Shown here: piece after piece, positions 46,901-55,405 of the stretch
How the letters are laid out: each line of letters starts with the position of its first letter
How positions within the stretch are numbered: position 1 is the stretch's first letter
Assembly: GCA_028714375.1 (NCBI GenBank)
Contig: JAQTMK010000001.1
Coordinates: forward strand, 136,988-200,987
DNA: 64,000 bases
Direction: 5' to 3'
Source of the DNA: Candidatus Nanoarchaeia archaeon
GTDB taxonomy: Archaea; Nanobdellota; Nanobdellia; SCGC-AAA011-G17; JACPNG01
Translations under genes and position numbers: made by a program
Notes under the pieces: model-generated
Told to the model about the DNA's origin: nothing
The model's input: only the letters and a program-made list of their open reading frames with translations
The model's database searches: none

Positions 46901-48476
46901 AGTATATTATTACGATGAAGATGCTGATGCCTATGGTACAAATGATGACAAATGTTTATGTGCAATAACTGGATATTATACAGCCTCAGTAAATGGAGAC
47001 TGTGATGATACAGCAGCTTCAATTAACCCAGGAGTTTCAGAAATCATCTACAATACAATAGATGATGATTGTAATTCACATACATTAGATGATGATTTAG
47101 ACCAGGATGGATATAATCATGATGTAGATTGTGATGAAACTAATAATAAGATTCATCCAGGTGCAACAGAGATTCCATACAATGGAATAGACGAAAATTG
47201 TAATGGATGGGATTTGGTTGATGTTGATAATGATGGTTACAGTGCTCCGCAAGTTGGAGGAACAGATTGTAACGATAATAATCCAGCAATAAATCCAGGA
47301 GTTTTAGAGATTCCATACGATGGAATCGATAATGATTGTAATCCATTAACTTTGGATGAAGATTTAGATCAGGATGGCTACAACCATAATGTAGATTGTG
47401 ATGATTTAGATCCATTAGTGCACCCAGGAGCAACAGAAATTCCAAATAATGGAAAAGATGATGATTGTAATTCACATACATTAGATAATGATGCAGATCA
47501 GGATGGAATTCAGGATCCAGATGATAATTGTGTAATTCTTTACAATCCAAATCAGGAAGATCAGGACCATGACGGAATTGGAGATGTTTGTGATTCAGAC
47601 ATAGATGGCGATGGAATATTAAACGAAGATGATAATTGTATAACAACTCCAAACCCAGACCAATTAGATATTGACTCAGATGGAATTGGAGATGTCTGTG
47701 ATTTGGATAAAGATGGAGATGGAATAAATAATAATAAAGATAATTGTCAGAGCATCTTTAACCCAGAACAGGAAGATGTAGATCATGATGGTTTAGGAGA
47801 TGTCTGTGATGATGATAACGATAATGATGGAATTCCAGACAGCGAAGATAACTGTTCAGATGTTTACAATCCAGATCAGTTAGATACAGATTCAGACGGT
47901 TTGGGAGATAAATGTGATGACGATGATGATAACGATGGTCTTGATGACCACGACGATAACTGTCCAATAAATTACAACCCAGGCCAGGAAGACAGAGACA
48001 GCGATAGGAAAGGAGACGTCTGTGATGTAGATTGGGATAATGATAGTGTTCCAGATGCATCAGATAACTGTCCATATATTAAAAACAGAGACCAAGCCGA
48101 TATAGACAAAGACGGAATTGGAAACGTGTGTGATGATGTAGACGGTAGAATAAAAGAAATAATCAGCCATGAATTTAGCCTAAGCTCAGTTTCATTGGAA
48201 GATGAAAAAATAAATCCTGGTGAAAACCTTGACTTATATGTAAAATTAAAGAACAGAGGAAACCAAGACGAAGACGGTATTAAAGTTCAGGCAACAATAA
48301 TGGAGACTGGCCAAATATCAACTCCAAGTTATGTTGACCTGGAAAAAGGAGAGTCTCAGTCAACATGGATAACCATAAAAACAACCAAAATAAAACCAGG
48401 AACATACACATTAAGAGTAATGGCAGAAAACAGCAAAGAACATGATGTAGCTTACCTAACCTTTAAGGTTATGTAA
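43995..48476 (+). CDS. giant secreted protein (1493 aa): MopE-like Cys-rich metal-binding repeats, thrombospondin type-3 Ca-binding repeats, CARDB-like C-terminal domain
   Basis: Start at MKKVVFLFALLLTVSCVSA (AGGGGAGG ribosome-binding site; ATGA overlap with the upstream gene). At least 15 repeats of the type DCDDTNADINPDAEETCNGVDDNCD(G)LIDE; about 10 TSP3-like repeats (DNCxxxxNPDQxDxDxDGxGDxCD); C-terminal INPGENLDLYVKLKNRGNQDEDGIKV beta-sandwich. Confidence 0.65.
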   Translation: MKKVVFLFALLLTVSCVSAWDVAYVVTNPSTAAQEPITVLENEGYNVEVIDDSALLTTNFSNYDLIVVADQNFPYPERIPVTSHSTVILSSNDGDVLTWGLSTSVADQTSSQPEKVVNNDPTSPITEGLPSEIQVYTTGGVSAGLSYLPSSDKAGKMKVIASTYFSSNINDGIIATASPGDVLKIYNSGWKYTTVNSRICYFGINTPAYWTSDAETLFINCATWSALGVDNDNDGFYSDEDCDDTNADINPDAEETCNGVDDNCDLIIDEENSLGCTDYYYDFDQDTYGVFLSKCLCSPNAFYDSETNDDCNDNNINIHPDAQELCNGIDDSCDDIIDEDLIEPLSDNQKGICKNSVKICEGTSGWTNPDYTELEDYENPELSCDGLDNNCDGTVDEDLATTYYKDLDEDTYGSKTVTIQSCDIVDGYVENNDDCNDNNADISPDGIEECNGIDDNCDGAIDEDDICEITIYYCDADADLHLSLTQSGTCDTYNCVPTGCSTTPGDDCNDHNANMYLGKAETCDGLDNDCDYVIDDGVKTTYYQDKDGDLYGNSGVTKQACSAPTGYLLDKTDCNDNFATIHPGATETCNGIDDDCDGLIDEGGVCAVKTYYCDDDSDSYLSLDISGTCNTYNCVPEDCSETSGTDCNDDDSDMYPGNIEVCDNLDNDCDGLIDESLTQITTCGLGECSDNTGIETCSAGEWINDTCDPYAGAVAETCDGLDNNCDGETDEGVTTEYYEDSDNDTYGDALSILDACSLPAGYSVNNLDCDDSNANMYPGNPEVCDGDDNDCDGTIDEDLSAPLNTNQNGVCFESNQTCQGELGWIDTYSTISTYQETEEACDSLDNDCDGIVDDGVKTTFYEDSDNDTYGNATSSQDVCTKPTGYVLDDTDCDDSQNTIYPGATEVPYDSIDQDCSGADLTDVDADGYDYTTDCNDNDPDVNPGETESCNTIDDDCDGTIDEEDSTGCSVYYYDEDADAYGTNDDKCLCAITGYYTASVNGDCDDTAASINPGVSEIIYNTIDDDCNSHTLDDDLDQDGYNHDVDCDETNNKIHPGATEIPYNGIDENCNGWDLVDVDNDGYSAPQVGGTDCNDNNPAINPGVLEIPYDGIDNDCNPLTLDEDLDQDGYNHNVDCDDLDPLVHPGATEIPNNGKDDDCNSHTLDNDADQDGIQDPDDNCVILYNPNQEDQDHDGIGDVCDSDIDGDGILNEDDNCITTPNPDQLDIDSDGIGDVCDLDKDGDGINNNKDNCQSIFNPEQEDVDHDGLGDVCDDDNDNDGIPDSEDNCSDVYNPDQLDTDSDGLGDKCDDDDDNDGLDDHDDNCPINYNPGQEDRDSDRKGDVCDVDWDNDSVPDASDNCPYIKNRDQADIDKDGIGNVCDDVDGRIKEIISHEFSLSSVSLEDEKINPGENLDLYVKLKNRGNQDEDGIKVQATIMETGQISTPSYVDLEKGESQSTWITIKTTKIKPGTYTLRVMAENSKEHDVAYLTFKVM

Positions 48477-48487
48477 GTTTTATTTTT

Positions 48488-49645
48488 TTATTTAATATTT
48501 TTATTTTCTTTTACAAATACTAACATTATAAATGCTAAAACAGCTAAACCCATTGAAAAATAAAATGGAGCCATAAAATCTATTTTATCCCATAACAATC
48601 CGGCAATCAGCGAAGCTGGTAAGGCAACTATACCCAGTAACATCTGATACCCGCCTAAAACACTTGCTTTGTAATTTTCAGGAGCCAATTCAGAAACAAA
48701 TGTTTTTTGCACTGGATCTAATGCTCCCCTATGTAATCCATATAAAACAAATGCAAGAATAATTCCTACATAACTGTTAAGGAAAATAAAACTCAAACAA
48801 ACCAAAATCCACAAAACAAAAGATAAACCTAAAACATTCTTTCTTCCTATCTTGTCAGCCATTTTACCAAATGGTAATGCAGATACTGAAGCAAATGCTG
48901 CAAAGATTAAATATAAGACAGAAACTAATCCAACACTAAACCCAAAATCTTTTGCAAATACCAATAAGAATGAATAGCTGAAAGCACCCAAAGAAAAAAT
49001 ACTTCCTAAAACTAAGAATAACCTTAGATTATTATTTATATCTTTGAAATGAATTCCTCTATAGATCTTGATATGATTTGATTTTTTTTCCTTTATAATA
49101 AATATTATTAACAAAACAGCAATCAAAGATGGAACTGCAGCAACTAAAAATAATTTTTTATATCCAAGTAAACCAAATAACAAAATGCTTGCTATAACAC
49201 CACATAATCCCCCTAATTTGTCCATTGCTTCTAAAATTCCAAAACTCTTGCCTCTATCCTTATGATTTGAAACATTGGCGATTAAAGCATCTCTTGGAGC
49301 ATCTCTCATTTTTCCAAATCTGTCTAAAATTTTAAAGGGGATTAAGTGTTGCCACATTGTGGAAAAAGCATACCCAACTCTTGAAAAAGAAGCAAATAAA
49401 TATCCTAACCAGACAAATATCTTTCTTTTCTTGATTCTGTCTGAAATATAACCCGATAAAGCCTGAGATATTGAGACTAAAGCATTTCCCAATCCATCTA
49501 TTAATCCCAAAGTAGCCATGCTTGCCCCCAAAAATGTTGTGACAAACAAAGGCCAGATAGGAGTTATCATATCTGAACCTAGATCATTTAAGAAAGAAGC
49601 CAAAGAAAAAGTTCTAATTACCCTCTTTTTGTATTTCTTGTCCAT
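48488..49645 (-). CDS. major facilitator superfamily (MFS) transporter
   Basis: 12-TM pattern; MFS loop motif GYISDRIKKRK between TM2 and TM3. Confidence 0.8.
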   Translation of the reverse strand: MDKKYKKRVIRTFSLASFLNDLGSDMITPIWPLFVTTFLGASMATLGLIDGLGNALVSISQALSGYISDRIKKRKIFVWLGYLFASFSRVGYAFSTMWQHLIPFKILDRFGKMRDAPRDALIANVSNHKDRGKSFGILEAMDKLGGLCGVIASILLFGLLGYKKLFLVAAVPSLIAVLLIIFIIKEKKSNHIKIYRGIHFKDINNNLRLFLVLGSIFSLGAFSYSFLLVFAKDFGFSVGLVSVLYLIFAAFASVSALPFGKMADKIGRKNVLGLSFVLWILVCLSFIFLNSYVGIILAFVLYGLHRGALDPVQKTFVSELAPENYKASVLGGYQMLLGIVALPASLIAGLLWDKIDFMAPFYFSMGLAVLAFIMLVFVKENKNIK

Positions 49646-49801
49646 TAAGGCTTAAAAGTAACATTTCCTATTCAAATAGTTTTTGTATTTTTCACTAAAA
49701 ACTTCAATGAAATCAACCTTTTTTGAACCTATGGAAAACCTTATAAACCCGTTCCAACTCACAGATGGTAACAAAATTACGTAATTTGGAGGATTAAAAA
49801 A

Positions 49802-51385
49802 ATGAGAAAGCTAGCAATAATGTTTTTAGCAGTATTTGTTGTTTTGGCTGGTATAGCTTCAGCAACAATAGTTAACACTGTTGACGCTAACGATGCATAT
49901 GTAGACACAGGCATTGATGGGTGTACAAGTGATAGTTGCTATATATTTTACGAAGACGTAACTGGGAAAATTTCTTTAACCACAGATTTTACAGGAACAA
50001 TCGCATGGGATTTAACTGGTAATCCATCTTGGTTAAGCAAATCATCTGCAATAGGAACCACAATATATCTAACAGGGACTCCTTCAAGTGATGATTATGA
50101 TTTTAAGGGAACCACTATTACAGTTACAGATGGTAATGTAAGTGAGACCTACTCAATCAGAGTTTACCCAGACTTCTGTGATAGAGAAGATGATGACCTT
50201 AAAGTATCAAATAGTTATGTATCAATTGGAAGTTTAGACTTCGATGATGATGACTATACAATTTTTGATAAGGTAGATACTTCAATTGAAGATGTAAATG
50301 CAGAAAAAGAAGATCTTGTTGATGTAAATGCACAGGTATGCTTATATAATGTAAATTCAAATGAAGAGATTGATTGTTGGAGTGCTTCAGAAGAAATTGA
50401 CATTGATGAAGATGAATCAGAAGATTTTGACATCAGCTTTGAGATTCCAAACGTGGAAGAAATTGGGGATAAAAAAGATTACAAACTCTTTGCAGTTATC
50501 CAAGCAGATGCAGACGATTCAGAAATACCAGTTTGTATGTTTGAATCCGAAGATATAAATATTGAAAGGGAAAAGTACGATGTATCAATTACAGATGCAT
50601 TCATAAACCCAACTTCAGTAAAAGCAGGAGAAACATTTGATGTAACTGTTGATTTTGAAAACGTTGGAAGTAAAGACGATGATAGTGTATATGTTGTTGT
50701 TAAGGAAAATACATTAGGACTTAACGAAAAGTCAACAACTTATGACCTAGAAAATTACGATGGTAATGACAACAGCGCTACAGCAAGATTTACTTTAAGT
50801 GTTCCAGAAGATGCAGCTAATAAACAATACTCAATTGAAGTTATCGTTTACTTTGATGATGGAGACGGTACTGATTCAGAGTTTGTTATGTTGGAAGTTA
50901 AAGGACAAAGCACAGCAACACCAGTAGTTCCAAAAGACTCAATTTTATTGAGTGCAGGGGAAGCAGTTGCTGAAGGTAATGCATTTAGCTTGCCAGTTAC
51001 AGTAACAAACAAAGCTGAAAGTCAGGAATTAAGTGTTGAATTAACCAATTTAGATGATTGGGCAACAGCTGGAAGTGCTAAAACTCAGTTACTTGACAAA
51101 GATCAGAGTACAACTTTCTACTTTTACATAACACCTAATGAAGGAATTACTGGAACCAGAACAGCTACAATAAACGTAAGATCTGAATCTGGAAACATTT
51201 TGAAAACACAGTCAGTTTCCTTGAAGTTAGGAGAAGAAGTAGTTGAAGAAGATGTAAACGTGAGCGGAGGCATCAAAGACTTTTTCAGTAACAATAGCAA
51301 AGTCTTATGGATAATTGGAGACATAGTCTTGATTATTCTGGCTGTAGTATTGCTAAAGTTCTTGTTTACTAAGAAGAAGAAATAA
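49802..51385 (+). CDS. cell-surface protein with CARDB-like domains and C-terminal TM anchor plus KKKK tail
   Basis: Signal peptide; acidic regions; CARDB-like INPTSVKAGETFDVTVDFENVGSKDDDSVYVVVKE; C-terminus VLWIIGDIVLIILAVVLLKFLFTKKKK. Confidence 0.55.
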   Translation: MRKLAIMFLAVFVVLAGIASATIVNTVDANDAYVDTGIDGCTSDSCYIFYEDVTGKISLTTDFTGTIAWDLTGNPSWLSKSSAIGTTIYLTGTPSSDDYDFKGTTITVTDGNVSETYSIRVYPDFCDREDDDLKVSNSYVSIGSLDFDDDDYTIFDKVDTSIEDVNAEKEDLVDVNAQVCLYNVNSNEEIDCWSASEEIDIDEDESEDFDISFEIPNVEEIGDKKDYKLFAVIQADADDSEIPVCMFESEDINIEREKYDVSITDAFINPTSVKAGETFDVTVDFENVGSKDDDSVYVVVKENTLGLNEKSTTYDLENYDGNDNSATARFTLSVPEDAANKQYSIEVIVYFDDGDGTDSEFVMLEVKGQSTATPVVPKDSILLSAGEAVAEGNAFSLPVTVTNKAESQELSVELTNLDDWATAGSAKTQLLDKDQSTTFYFYITPNEGITGTRTATINVRSESGNILKTQSVSLKLGEEVVEEDVNVSGGIKDFFSNNSKVLWIIGDIVLIILAVVLLKFLFTKKKK

Positions 51386-51457
51386 ATTTCTTTTTTCTTT
51401 TTTATTATATTTTTTATACCAGAAACCTTTAAATAAATCTCTCTTTTAGAAATAACC

Positions 51458-54055
51458 ATGACAAACTTCCAGAAAATAGAGCAGAAATGGCAAAAAAAGT
51501 GGGAAGATTCTGAAATTTTTAAGGTAAAGGAAGATTCTAAAAAAAAGAAGTATTATGTCTTAGAAATGTTTCCTTATCCAAGTGCTTCTGGATTGCATAT
51601 GGGACATGCACTAAACTATACAATTGGGGATATTTTTGCAAGGTTCAAAAGAATGCAGAACTATAATGTTCTATACCCTATGGGTTATGATGCTTTTGGT
51701 TTGCCTGCTGAAAATGCAGCAATAAAAGCAAAACAGCATCCTAAGGTTTACACAGAAGCTTCAATGAAAAACTTTGAAAAGCAGCAAAAATCTTTGGGTT
51801 TAAGTTATGATTGGTCAAGGATTGTAAAGACCTGTGAGTCAGAATACTACAAATGGAACCAGTATTTTTTCCTTAAGTTCTTTGAAAACGGATTAGTTTA
51901 CAGAAAAAAATCTCCTGTAAACTGGTGTCCCAAATGTGATACTGTTTTAGCTAATGAGCAGGTTCATAATGGAAGATGCTGGCGTCATGAAGATACAGAA
52001 GTGGAAATAAAACACCTAGAACAGTGGTTTATCAAAACAACAAAATATTCAGAAGAACTTTTAAAAGATATTGAAAAACTTGAATGGCCAGAAAGAATCA
52101 AGTTAATGCAGCAGAACTGGATTGGAAAAAGTTATGGAACTGAAATTAATTTTGAAATCAACGGGGAAAACTGGCCAATATTCACAACAAGAGTGGATAC
52201 AATATTTAGTGTGACATTTATGGTAGTATCAGCTCAGCATCCAAAATTAAATAGTTTAATTACTGAAAAACAAAAAAAAGAAGTTAATAATTTCCTTAAA
52301 AAAATAAAATCTGTTTCAGAAAAAGAATTAGAAGCTTTGGAAAAAGAAGGAGTGTTTACAGGAAGTTATGCTATAAATCCATTTACAGGAGAAAAAGTCC
52401 CAGTATGGATAGGAAATTTTGTTCTTGCAGACTATGGTTCTGGAATGGTAATGGCAGATGGCCATGATGTAAGAGATGTAGAATTTGCGAAAAAGTATAA
52501 TATTCCATTAAAAACTGTGATTAAACCAATCGAAAGAAAAACAAATCCTAATGAAGTTTTCACCGAAAAAGGAATCTTATACAATTCAGGAGAATTCTCG
52601 GGTTTGTCAAGTGATGAGGCAATAATAAAAATGCAAAATTGGCTTGAAAACAGAAAATTAGGTAAAAAAACTTTGCAGTATAAATTCAAAGACTGGTTAG
52701 TTTCAAGACAAAGATACTGGGGAACACCAATACCAATTATTTATTGTAATAAATGTGGTTTAGTTCCAGAAAAAAACCTTCCGGTCTTACTCCCAGAAAA
52801 AGTGGAATTTGGAAAAGGAAATCCTTTGGCTACAAATAAGAATTTTGTAAATGTTAAATGTCCAAAATGTAATTCAGATGCAAAAAGAGAAACAGACACT
52901 ATGGATACATTCTTTGATTCATCCTGGTATTACCTGAGATATTGTGATAATAAAAACCTAAAAGAAGCTTTTGAAAAGAAAAAAGCAGATTACTGGCTTC
53001 CAGTAGACCAATACATTGGTGGAGCAGAACATGCATGTATGCATTTAATCTATGCAAGATTTTTTGTAAAAGCACTAAGGGACTTAGGATTGTTGAAAAT
53101 TGATGAACCATTTACAAGATTGTTTAATCAGGGAATGCTTCATGGTGCAGACGGAAACAAAATGTCAAAATCCTTAGGCAATGTTATTGTTCCTGAAGAA
53201 GTTTCAAAAGTTTATGGAATTGATACTGCAAGATTATTCCTAGTTTCAGTTGCATCTCCTGACAAGGATATTGAATGGAGCGAAAATGGAATCCAGGGAA
53301 TGTTTAGATTTACAAACAGATTAGTGGATTATTTTGAAAACGTTAAAATCTCTAAAGCTAAAAATGAAAAATTAGAATCTGCTTCAAACAAAGCAATAAA
53401 AGAGATTACAGAGGACATTGAGAGTTTCAAATACAATATAGCAACAATAAAATTAAGGCAATTGTTTGAAAAAATCTCCAAAGAAGAAGTCAATAAAGAA
53501 ACCCTAGAAAACTTCCTTAAATTGTTAAGTCCATTTGCCCCCCATTTGGCAGAAGAGTTGTGGGAAAAGATTGGAAATAAAGGATTTATTTCTGTTTCAG
53601 AATGGCCAAAGTATGATTCTAAGAAAATCAAAATAGAATTTGAATACGAAGATGAATTTATGGAAAATATTAAGTCAGATATTAATACAGTAATAAAACT
53701 TGTAGGAAAACAGCCAAAAATAATTAAAATGTTTGTTTCAGAGTCATGGAAATATGAGGTTTATAGAAAATTAGCCAAACTAGAATCCAGAAATATAAAA
53801 GAAGTCATTGAAAAGATAATGGTTAAGGGTTATGAAAAAGAAATACCAAAAATAGCCCAATCATTTATCAAAAATCCAAATGCATTTATGAAAATTGTCT
53901 TGGATCAAAAAACAGAGATGAAGATATTGGAAGAAAACAAGAAAGAACTTGAAAGTATGTTTAATTCTAAGATTGAAATTATAAAAGCAGAAAGTTCTAA
54001 AGAAGTTAAAGCTAAACAGGCAGTACCAGGCAAGGTTGCTATTTTGATTGAATAA
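51458..54055 (+). CDS. leuS: leucyl-tRNA synthetase
   Basis: Class I HIGH (PSASGLHMGHALNY) and KMSKS motifs, CP1 editing insertion, 865 aa. Confidence 0.9.
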   Translation: MTNFQKIEQKWQKKWEDSEIFKVKEDSKKKKYYVLEMFPYPSASGLHMGHALNYTIGDIFARFKRMQNYNVLYPMGYDAFGLPAENAAIKAKQHPKVYTEASMKNFEKQQKSLGLSYDWSRIVKTCESEYYKWNQYFFLKFFENGLVYRKKSPVNWCPKCDTVLANEQVHNGRCWRHEDTEVEIKHLEQWFIKTTKYSEELLKDIEKLEWPERIKLMQQNWIGKSYGTEINFEINGENWPIFTTRVDTIFSVTFMVVSAQHPKLNSLITEKQKKEVNNFLKKIKSVSEKELEALEKEGVFTGSYAINPFTGEKVPVWIGNFVLADYGSGMVMADGHDVRDVEFAKKYNIPLKTVIKPIERKTNPNEVFTEKGILYNSGEFSGLSSDEAIIKMQNWLENRKLGKKTLQYKFKDWLVSRQRYWGTPIPIIYCNKCGLVPEKNLPVLLPEKVEFGKGNPLATNKNFVNVKCPKCNSDAKRETDTMDTFFDSSWYYLRYCDNKNLKEAFEKKKADYWLPVDQYIGGAEHACMHLIYARFFVKALRDLGLLKIDEPFTRLFNQGMLHGADGNKMSKSLGNVIVPEEVSKVYGIDTARLFLVSVASPDKDIEWSENGIQGMFRFTNRLVDYFENVKISKAKNEKLESASNKAIKEITEDIESFKYNIATIKLRQLFEKISKEEVNKETLENFLKLLSPFAPHLAEELWEKIGNKGFISVSEWPKYDSKKIKIEFEYEDEFMENIKSDINTVIKLVGKQPKIIKMFVSESWKYEVYRKLAKLESRNIKEVIEKIMVKGYEKEIPKIAQSFIKNPNAFMKIVLDQKTEMKILEENKKELESMFNSKIEIIKAESSKEVKAKQAVPGKVAILIE

Positions 54056-54091
54056 TAATATTTATAAATTATCTATTATTTTATAATTGGT

Positions 54092-54760
54092 ATGAAACGG
54101 TTTCACAAACAAACCAATAAACCTAAATCAACCTGGAAGAGCCATATTAAAAATTTTATAGTTTGGTTTTTAGTTTATTCTATTCTTTTAATTTTGTTAG
54201 AATTAGTTTTTGAGAATACTAAACTATACCAATCTAAATTTGGTTTCTATTTAGCCATCGGATTTATTCTGGTTGTAGTATCCAGGGTTATATATTCTGC
54301 ATATAAAAGAAAACATTTTAATTTAAATGGAATTGTTTTTTGGGGGACAATTTATACACTTGCAATCGCCTTCGTTAACTTTATATTAAATAAATTACCA
54401 AAGATCCAAGTTAATTTAACCTATGACAGGTATCTTAATCTCTTACTGGTCTCTATAATTTTTACGATTTTAATTATATTCCTTAGAAGAATGAAGATGG
54501 GGAGTTTAAGGATTGGTAAAAAAAGAATAAAAGCACCATCCCAAATTATGTCTGGGGTAATTTTGATTTTTTCAGGAATCTTAACTTTTAGATTTAGTTA
54601 TAAAATTTTTGTAGAGTGGTTTAATTGGTCAGAAGGGATGGCATGGAGTTGGCTTATTGGAATTTGCCTCATACTTGGAGGCGCTTTGACGATTGTTGCT
54701 TGGTGGAGAAATAATGTTGCAACGTTAAATACCAAACATATGGTTCGCTTTTTAAAATAA
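54092..54760 (+). CDS. polytopic membrane protein (hypothetical)
   Basis: 222 aa with about 6 hydrophobic helices. Confidence 0.45.
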   Translation: MKRFHKQTNKPKSTWKSHIKNFIVWFLVYSILLILLELVFENTKLYQSKFGFYLAIGFILVVVSRVIYSAYKRKHFNLNGIVFWGTIYTLAIAFVNFILNKLPKIQVNLTYDRYLNLLLVSIIFTILIIFLRRMKMGSLRIGKKRIKAPSQIMSGVILIFSGILTFRFSYKIFVEWFNWSEGMAWSWLIGICLILGGALTIVAWWRNNVATLNTKHMVRFLK

Positions 54761-54832
54761 CCATTCCGAATAACTCCAATTCAACTTGAAACTATAAAAT
54801 CATTTAAATACTAGATAATTTACTTATTTTCC

Positions 54833-55405
54833 ATGACAGATAAATATATTATGGTATCATTGGAAGATAAAAAAGCAGAAGAACTTGCCAATGTTATCTC
54901 TAATAAAACCTCAAGAAAAATTATTGATTTCTTATCAGAAAACAAGGCTTCTGAAGCAGAAATTGCAAAAAAATTAAGCTTACCAGCTTCAACAGTTAAT
55001 TACAACATAAAAGCACTTATGAAATCAAACTTAATAGAAGCAGTAGATTTCACCTGGAGTGAAAAAGGAAACAAGATAAATTTCTACAAAGTTTCAAATA
55101 AAACAATTATAATCTCACCAAAAAATACAGGTATTACTGCATTAAGACAATTCTTGCCAGTGGTTTTAATTTCAGGTTTTGCTTCATTATTAGTTTACAT
55201 TTACACAAAAACCTATCAGATAATACAGCCAGCTGTGATGGAAGAAAAAGCAATGTATGCAGCAGACGCTTCATTGGCAGGAGCAAGAGAAAATTTCATA
55301 CAGCAATCAACTTATTTATTAAATCCAGGTTCATGGTTTTTTATAGGAGCAGTTTTTGCTCTTTTAATATTCTTTTTAATAAAGACATGGAGGTCTGAAA
55401 AATGA
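54833..55405 (+). CDS. ArsR-like winged-HTH transcription regulator with C-terminal TM anchor
   Basis: RKIIDFLSENKASEAEIAKKLSLPASTVNYNIKALMKSNLIE helix-turn-helix; two C-terminal TM helices. Confidence 0.5.
   Translation: MTDKYIMVSLEDKKAEELANVISNKTSRKIIDFLSENKASEAEIAKKLSLPASTVNYNIKALMKSNLIEAVDFTWSEKGNKINFYKVSNKTIIISPKNTGITALRQFLPVVLISGFASLLVYIYTKTYQIIQPAVMEEKAMYAADASLAGARENFIQQSTYLLNPGSWFFIGAVFALLIFFLIKTWRSEK

Noticed and set aside
45001-47652. Several minus-strand His/Leu/Tyr-rich ORFs (for example 45001-45534 and 47140-47652) in the ORF track
   Set aside because: They lie antisense inside the giant repeat gene. GAT/GAC/TGT-rich coding repeats read antisense give stop-poor His/Leu-rich frames, so these are spurious.
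44700-48150. Highly repetitive DNA that might at first sight be mistaken for a CRISPR array or satellite
   Set aside because: The repeats are in-frame, variable-length and encode the MopE-like and TSP3 protein repeats of one long ORF. There is no repeat-spacer periodicity and no cas genes.
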